The position numbers and the translations under genes are program-made. This document shows, piece by piece, positions 49,701 through 58,700 of a stretch of 64,000 nt of DNA. Every line of letters begins with the position of its first letter. Positions within the stretch are counted from its first letter, which is position 1. This stretch comes from Cyanobacteriota bacterium (GTDB lineage: Bacteria; Cyanobacteriota; Cyanobacteriia; PCC-6307; Cyanobiaceae): assembly GCA_046052125.1 (NCBI GenBank), contig JBJOMY010000001.1:544001-608000 (forward strand), in the 5' to 3' direction. The notes beneath the pieces are model-generated. The model worked only from the letters and a program-made list of their open reading frames with translations. It was not told the origin of the DNA and did no database searches.

Positions 49701-52700
49701 GGCCAGACGCAAACGACCCGAGATCAAGTTGGTGTAGCCGGTGTAGCTGCTGGAGCCAGTGAGTGTCACCAACGACGCCGTACTGTCGGTGGTGCTTGGG
49801 TTGAAGGCGCGGAACTCCAGGCCATGGGAGCCGCCGCTCTCCGAGATCGAGCTGGCAATGCTCACGTTGGCATTCGTGCTCCACATCCCGATCCGGGCGT
49901 TGCCCGTGAGCACGATCTGGCCATTGAGCTGCAGGGTGCCGTTGTTATCCAGGCGTAGGGCGCCCAGGCCATTCACACCTTTATTGGTGGCTGCTGCCTC
50001 CAGCCAGCCCTCGCCCTCGAGCTTGATGCGGCTGTTGATGGTGGGCGAGCTGGGGAACCAGAGCTGGCCCCCTTGCTTCACAATCACCCAGGGGTTGTTG
50101 GTGCCGATGTTGGCCTGCGCGTCGACCCGCAGACGGGCCTTGTCCACCGTGATCGTGGCATCAACGCCGATGCTGTTGGTGCCGTTGTAGTCGTAGTGGC
50201 TTTGGCCGGAGACCCCCGTGCCGCGGAAGATCACATTGCCGATGCCTGTGATGTTGTGGTTGATGGATACATCGTTATTGCGGAAATATTCGAGCGTTGA
50301 GGATGTACTCGTCAGGTTGACGGTGTTCCGGGAATCAAGGCTGCCAACGCCATTGCCATCGCCGATCTGCAGGGTGCCTGCGTGGATGGTGATGCCACCG
50401 GTGCTGTAGGTGTCGGTGGTGATGGTGAGCTTGCCGGATCCATATTTCTCCAGGGCAAGCGATGGTTTGGTGCCACCAGATGTGGGTGTTGCGTTGCTGT
50501 CTCTGCCAGCGGAATCACGATAGGCGTCCCGCAGATAGCCCTTGAACTCGAGATCCCTGGTTTGGTTGAAAATCAGCCTGGCCGCTCCAACACCTGTATC
50601 GTGGGCCGCTGACTCCACGTTTTGTAGCACTGCCCATCCCGGGTTCGCTCCAGTGGAGATATTGCCAATCGTCTGCGTCGTTCCGCGCAGTGTCATATAC
50701 GCAAATGGGTTTTGCGTGTCAAACGTGACATCCACATCAGCACCAAGCTGGTTGTCAGCGCCAAACTCCAGCTGGGCCCACACGTTGGGGAAGGTCCATC
50801 CTGTGCTGTTGACCTTGTGGTTAATCACCACCTCACCGCCGCCAGCTCCGGTGTAAAGCGCTGGTCCGTTGGTGTTGGCCAAACGCAAGATGCCGTCGCC
50901 CACAATCGTTTGGCCGGTGTAGGTGCTGGCCCCGGTGAGCAGCATCCGGCCTGGGCCCCACTTCTCCAGGGCAAAGCTGCCGCCCTGCTCAGAGATCACA
51001 CCGCCGATCGTTCCCCATCCCGTGTCGCCCCACACACCAATACGGGCGTTGGCGGTCAAGATGGCGTTGCCGCTGAACAGAGCTGAGTTGTCGATGCGCA
51101 GCGCGCCCAGTTGCCCAACGCTTTCCTGCCAGCCATCCCCAGCGAGATAGACCGTGTTGGCCAGGCCAGCTGCGCCGAAGGCCTGCGAACCTTCGGCTGT
51201 GAGATACAGCTGACCAGTGTTTTCCACCCTGACGATACCGGTGCCGAAGGCGCCGGCATTCGTCACGGTGAGCCTGGTTTGCGGCTTGGAGATCACCGTG
51301 CCGCTGAAATTGGGGCTCGCCAAGCTGAGCTTGTAGCCACCTTGAGTTGACGTGGCCGTGCCCGTGAATTCCACCTGGCCCGAGCCGCTGAGGGTGTTGG
51401 ACACCACGCGGCTGCTTGCATCACTCTTGTAGGTGAGCAGTGCACCGGCGCCCACATTCACATCGCCGCCAATGGAGCCGGTGGAACCGCTGGAATTGCC
51501 GATGTAAAGCTGCCGATTCGCGGCAATCGTGGTTTGCCCGCTGAAGGTGTTGTTATTGGAAAGGGTGAGCAGACCTTCACCTTGCTGAATCAGCGTGCCG
51601 CTCCCGCTCACAACACCCGCCAGGGTTTGCGCCGACGAGGTGTCAAAGCGCAGGGTGGCGCCGCTGGCCACAGACACACTGCCGTTGAGAGTGCCGCTGT
51701 TGAATCGGCCGCTGCTGGTGAGTTTGAATTCACCGGCATTGATCGAAAGACTCTTGGAGAAACCGTGATTCACGGCTCCATCCAGGGTGAAGGTGCCGGT
51801 GCCCACCTTGGTGATCGCACCCACCAGGCCTGTCACCGTGCCGGAGAACGTTGATGTGGCGTCGCTTTCACCCACCACCAGGGTGGGGAGCGTGGCATTG
51901 GTATAACTCGCACCGCTGACGGTGCCGGAGCCTGTGAGGTTGCGGATCCGGTACTGGGGCAGATCCCAGAGGTCAAAGGTTGCGCCAGAGGCAACATTCA
52001 CATCCACTTTGTTGTTGGTGGCGGTGTCATTCCAGCCCCAACCGAAATAGAGCCTGCCCTCTTGCACATCAATCTTGGAGCCGGCAGCAAGCGCCCAGGT
52101 GTCGGCGTCGTCGGTGCTGATCCCCAGGGTGGCGCTGCCCTTCTTGATGATCGTGCCGCCACCGGTCCAGGTGACTCCGCTTGTCCCTGTCCAGAACGCC
52201 CGCTGCGATCCGGTGAGATTTGAGTCGGTCCCACCGCCGGTCCAGCTGGTGGCACCCGTATCAAATTCAAGGGTTGTGCCACTGGCGATATCCATCGCTG
52301 TGGTTTGCGATGTGCCGCCTGTGATCTTGAGGGTGCCGCCATCAAGATCCGTGCGGCCGGTGTAGGTGTTCGAACCTGACAAGGTGACGACACTCGTTGC
52401 GCCATCAATCAACAGATTGCCGCCCGTGCCGCTGATGGCGCCAGAGAACGCTTGCGTGCCGCCCGCCTTGTAGCGCAAGGTTGAACCATTGCCGAGGCTG
52501 ATGGCTCCCGCATAGGCACCGCCGCCGAGATTGCCTCCTGGAAGAATCTCCAGATCACCAGCGCTCACCGTGGTGGAGCCAGTGAACAGCGAGGCTCCAG
52601 CCAGCGCCAGGGTGCCACTGCCACTTTTGCTGAGGCTGCCTGTTGTGGCAGGCGTGCCACCGCTGAACGTGAGGCTGCCCGAGGGTAGATCGATCGTGCC

Positions 52701-55700
52701 GCTGCCGCCGGCAGCGATGCTGAAGCCACGGTTGGAGGTGGCCGAAGCAGAGCCGGTGTAGCGGAGCGAGCCACCGTTGAACAGCAGGTTGGCTGCATCA
52801 GCCGTGGAGGCACCGAGCGCTGAAGCGGCCCCAGCATTAGCCACGCTGCTCACCGCCAACACGCCGCCCGCGAGGCCGGTGCCACCGGTGTAGGTGTTGA
52901 GGCCTGAGAGGGTGAGGGTGCCGTTCCAGGTTTTCCAGAGGCGGCTCGTTGTGGCCCCGGAAATCACCCCGGTGATGGACGCTGCATCACTGCTGCTGTA
53001 GGTGCCCACATCGGCATCCGCCGTGAGCGCAACCGTGCCAGCCCATGAGGCGCCGTTGTCCAAGCGCAAGGCTCCCAATCGGCCAGTCCCTTCGTTCCAC
53101 CCCTGGCCAGCGATGCTCAGCGCTGTGGTGATCGGCGTGGTGGTGTACACGAACACACCGGAGCCGCTGGCCACATTCAGCGTTGCTGTGCCGAGGCCTA
53201 TATCAGTGCCCAGTTTGAGGCGGGTGTTATCGCTGATGCGCATCGCGCCACTGAAGCTGGCATTGCTGCGGGTGAGATCAAAATCACCGACGTTGATCGT
53301 GTTGATCCCTTTGAGTTGAACCGTGCCTGCGCCCGCCAGCTCGGGTGTGAGCGTGACTGACGTGTCGTTGACGTAGGTAAACGTGCTCCCGGCAGCCACC
53401 GTGATCTTGTTCAGCCCCAGAGTGGTATTGCCGTTCGCGCTGGGGTCGTCATCGATGTTGTAAACAAACTCACCAGCATTCACCGTCAGGTTGCCGCCTT
53501 GAAGGTGATTGGTATGAGAACTGGATGTCTTAAACGTCAGCGTGGCGCTACCATTTTTAACTAGATTGAGCTCAGATCCGGATCCGCTCCAGTTCCGGCG
53601 GAATGATCCGGTATAAGTCGCGTCTGTCGTTTGATTCACCGTGAGTGTGGCCGTTTTATTGCTGACACTGTTTTGAAGCTGAATTAAGTTGCGCTGCTGG
53701 CCACCGGCGTCCAGTAGATTTCCAATCGTCTGGCTGAAGCCGTCGAGAGCAAATTCGTTGTACCAGCCGCCGGTATAGGAGGTGCCATCGAAGCTCACAT
53801 TCACATTGGAGCCGAGCTGGTTAGCGGCAAGCGTGTGCACGCCAACGAAATAACCGCCAGAGGTATTGGAGCCTGTTGAGTTGTCGTTATTGATCCGCAC
53901 CGTGCCACTGGGGCGTTCCGTGCTGCCCGTGGGGGCGTTGTATAACGCGGGGCCGGTTTGATTGTTGAGATAGAGCTTGCCGCCGCGGATCACGGTGTCG
54001 CCACCGAAGGTGTTGGCAGCTGTGAGCGTGAGGCCGTAGTAGCCGGTTTTCTCTAGGCCGAAGCTGTTGACGCCGTCGTCGATGACGCCGCTGATCGCGA
54101 GGTTGCCTGCTCCACTGGTGTGGATCCGGGCGTTGTTGGCCAGGGTGATCGGTCCGCTGAGGGTGACGAGGTTGCTGGAAGAATGGCGAATCGCCCCCAG
54201 CTGTGAACCGTCCGGCTCCTTCCAGCCGCTACCGGCCAGCAGGATTGGGGCCGAGAAGGTGCCAGTGACGGCGGAGGAGAAAAACAGCTGGCCACCGGTT
54301 CGCACATCGATGGTGGAGGCGTTGCCGAGTGTGCCCCCAGTCGTCACATCAAAGCGGGCCTTGTCGACCACCACCGTGCCTGCGGCCGAGAGAGAATTGG
54401 TGCCGTAATAGCTATACGACGATTGCCCATTGGCGCCCGTACCTTTCAGGATCACCGTGCCATCGCCGCTCCAGTTGTTGTTGATGGAATACGGATTGGT
54501 GCTGCGGTGATAGGTGAGAGTTGTGCCAGCAGCAAGGCTCACGGGGGCTGAACCAATCCGGCCATGGTCTGATCCATCACCCACGGTGACCGTGCCGGCC
54601 TGCACATCGAGGCCGCCGGTGAAGTTCATGCCATCGTTCTTTGACGATGTGTGCAGGAACAGCAAATCGCCGCTCCCCCGCTTCACGATCTTCAGGGGGT
54701 TATTGGTGCCGTTGCTATCCTGATCGCGCACCCACGCATTCAAAATTGAATTGTCATTGCCTGTGAGGGTGAGGGTGCCCTGGCTGCGGCCGCTCACAAC
54801 CGTGCCATCAGATCCAATGTTCTGAAGGATGAGTGACCCCTGCGCGCTGCTCGAGCCGCTGATGATTTGCTTGAGCGACTGATTCGTTCCGCGCAGATCA
54901 AAGCGCGTCCAATTACCCGCGGCGTTTGCCGAGGTGAGCACCAAGCCATCGGCAAACTGGTTGTCGCGCATCATGCGCAGGTTGGACGCGTTTGCCGTGT
55001 TGTTGCCCAGAGTGATGTTGGTGGCAATCGCCGGCCCACTGGCGGAATTCAGCCACACGGTTCCGTTCTCGAGTGTGAACCCACCACTGAAGGTGTTAAC
55101 GCCGCTGAGCGTGAGCTCTCCGCTACCCGATTTCACGAAGCGGCCGGCGCCCGACATCACACCGGAATAGGTTGTCGATGCGCTGTCGTCGGAGGTCAGC
55201 GTGACGCCCGAGAGGATCTGCACATTGCCGCCGCCTTGCAGATAGGCGATCTTGTGGGTATTGGCGGCGATGTAGGTCGCCCCCGTGGCCACCGTGGTTT
55301 CGGTGCCATCGCCGGCGCTTGGATACTGCGTGCCGCTCACCTTCAAGGTGCCGGCGTTGACATACGTGGCGCCGTAATAGGTGTTGTTTCCCGCCAATTC
55401 CAGCTGACCGAGGCCAGACTTGGTCAGCGTGCCGTGGGTTCCGTTGGTGTGGATCGGCGCGGAGACGAGGGCCGAGGCGTTTTGCGCCACGTCAAAGGTG
55501 ATATTGAGGCCATCGTTGCGGAGCCTGAAATCACCTGAGCCACCACCAGGCAGGATCTCGGAGATGGCACCTGATGTTGTCGGTGCCTTGATATTGAAGG
55601 TCAGGCCCATCACCTGCGTGTTATTGCCCATGTAGAACTTGCCGCCGGTCATCTCGACCGTGAAGTTGTTCCACATGTGCTGCTGCAGCGCATTATCGGC

Positions 55701-58700
55701 CCGGCCCACTTGGCCGCCTTCGTTGACGGTGATCGCTTCGATGGCAGAGTTGCCGATCCAGCCGAAGGAATTGGCAACAGCCCAATCGAGGATGCCGCCG
55801 CTATTCACAATCACTCTGCTGCTGTTGAGTGTGCCGGCGCCGCTACCGTCGAAGCGATCCAACGAGAGGGTGCCCCCATTGATCGTGGTGGTGCCCGTGT
55901 AGTCGCTCCAGTTGGTGAGATTGAGGGTGCCGGTGCCGTTTTTAACCAGCCCACCAGTGCCGCGGATGTTGCCCGCGAAGCTGCGATTGCTCGTTTGATT
56001 CAGCGTGAGCGTACCGCTGCCCAGCTGGATGGAGCCGCCTGTGCCCGACAGCTTGCCCATGGAGTGGCTGACGCTGTTGAGATCGAGCAAGCCACCATTG
56101 ACGATGAGATCGCCTCCGGATGGGAGGCTGCTGCCGGCTCCAGAAAGCGCGAGGGTGCCTGAAGACACGGTCGTGGAGCCGTTGTAGGTGAGCTGGTTCG
56201 AGAACGTCTGAGTGCCAGATCCTTTCGTCTTGGCGATGGAGCCTTGACCTTGAATCACACCGGCAAAGGTGCTGTTTGCGTTGTCGCCCAGCGTCAAGGT
56301 GGCGTTGTTGCTGAGGTTGACGACTGTGTTGGTTGGGCTACCTGTGTTATGCCCCAGCAAACCGATCGAGATATTGCCGCCGATGTTTAGCGTCGTGCCG
56401 GCATCCATGCGCACATCGGAGTCGACGTTGAGGCTCCAATTCGTGCCGCTGAGCTCGAGCGTGCCACCACGGAGAACGTAGTCGCCGAAGTTCCCCTGGG
56501 CACCAGAGAAGGTCTGCTTACCAGCCCCGGCCTTTTCGATCCACAGATTCCAATCAACAATGCCTGAATAGGTGTAGTTGGCAGCGCTGGTTGAATTGGT
56601 GATGTAGATCGCCTTGTTGCCGCCGGCGCCATAGGTGTTCTGCAGGAGGCCGCCACCAGTTAATCCTGAGATGTAGACGTTTTCGCTGTATGTGTCGAAG
56701 GTTGTTCCAGAGTCAATCTGAAGCACGCCTTGGTTGTTGCGCCAGTTGTCCCGCGTGTAGTTATGGCTTACTTGCCCCTCCGCCACCTGAAACAGGCCGT
56801 CGCTGGCTTGGCTCACGATGAAGCGGCGATCGTTCCAGCCCATCTCCAGGCTAAACGTGCCCGTTTTTTTAACGGTGCCGGAGCCATTGAGTGTTAATGA
56901 GCGACCAGATTCGAGGTAGGTTTGATTGCTGGAATTGCCCGCTGTTGCCGCGAGCTCCAGCACGGCACCGCTGTTCACCGTGATCGTCTGGTCGCCATTC
57001 GCCCAGCGGAAGCGGTTGGTGCCCTCGGCCGAGCCAGGCACAAGTCGCAGCGTGCCCGCTTGAACTGTTGTGCCGCCCGTCATGTCGCCACGACCGGCCA
57101 AGGTTTGTGTGCCGGTACCGCTCTTGATCAGGGTCCCGCTGCCGGTGATGTCGCCGCTGTAGCTCCCGGATCCGCCCACATTGAAGATGACATTTCCTCC
57201 GCCGACGGAGATTTCACCTGATCCAAGTACTGCACCCGTTGTGGTTTTCAGTTCCAGGCAGTCCCTCCTGTCACACACGCGAAGGATCCTGGCATTGATG
57301 TTGATGTTCCGGTAGGCATCGAGGGTGAGTTTGTTGTTGCTACCGCTGGTGAAAGCCGTTGCAAGGGTGATATCACCTGCTTGTGTTCCGGCTGAGCCGG
57401 CTCCACCGGTGCTCACCGTGACGTTCGAGCTACCTAGAGCGTTTGTGAGGGTGGTGACATTGACCACTGCCGAATCAGCAGTGCCTGTGAACGATCCATC
57501 CACTCCTGCCTGCGTTCCTTCGCTGATGGTGATGTTGTAGGGATCGAGCAACCACAGGCCCGTTTCACCCGCTGCCGCCGTTGTGTCCACGCGGATGTCA
57601 TCCACCTTCAGGTCGTAGCCGGAGGTTTCGATGCGGCCGCCGTTACCGCCTGCCGCACCACCTTTGGCCAGCAGCGTGCCCGACACCGTGGTGACGCTGT
57701 TGGCTTTGGTGATGTCGCTCCAGGCGACGATCGTGCCGCCGTCACCCAGGCGTGTGGCCGATGCATCCACTACCGCACCGCTGGCGATGGTGGTGGTAGT
57801 GGCCTGGCGCACGCTCGGGTTGCTGTTTTGCCAGCTGCCGCCGATCTGGATGGTGCCGCCCGCTGTTTCGCCCTTGGCATTCAGGGTGGCTGCCGAGCCA
57901 ACATTGATGGCATCAGCCACGATGGTGATGGCACCGCCTCTGGTGCCGTTGGTGGCTTGTATGGCTCCCTGGATGTCGACGTTGCTACCTGCAATGTCGA
58001 TCCTTTCGCCAGCTTTCAGAGATCCTGACTGGCTGACCTCTACTGAGCCAGTGCTGACCAGTGCCAGGTTTTGCGCCGAGCGCAACTCCTGATGCACCAC
58101 GATCGAGCCGTTGTGCGCGGCATCACCGATGGTGAGCTTGCTCACCGGTGCCTGATTGATCGCCTCAAGCGTTGAACCGCTCAGGGTGAGTGTGCCGAGG
58201 GTGGGGAGTGCACCGGCCTGGGCCGCACCGATTTGAATCGCCTGCTGTGGTGCGCTTGAGGTGATCTGCAGCTGACTCGACGGCCCCAGATCCAGGGCCA
58301 CCTGGATCGGCTTGGCGATCTCAATGTCTGCAGCGCTCAGCCTGATCGATGGCGCTGAGAGGAAGAGATTGCCTTGGAAGTTCAACCGGTTGGCCACACT
58401 GATGTCGCCCCGTAGGTCGATCCGCGTGGGTGCCAGCACCTCAAGGCTGTTCAAGCCCGAGAAGCCGAGGAAGGTGATGTTGCCCGTGCTCGGGAAGCTG
58501 CAGGTGGTGGAGCAGGCCTCAATCACGAGGTCTTGGCCGGCAAAGTTGAGCGCACTGGCCTGATCGATCGTGAGATCAAGCCCGTCGAGATACAACCGCT
58601 TGATGGTTGTGATTGATGCCGTTGGCGCAGCGGGGGTGCTGATCTGCGCTGCGGTGGCCTGGGTCGCAACCTGCTGCTCTGTGGCCTGCTCCACCTGGGC

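Noticed and set aside
45500..57150. Type Va autotransporter call from PATR repeats
   Set aside because: No C-terminal beta-barrel or terminal aromatic residue; the N-terminal TPS domain and linked TpsB indicate type Vb.
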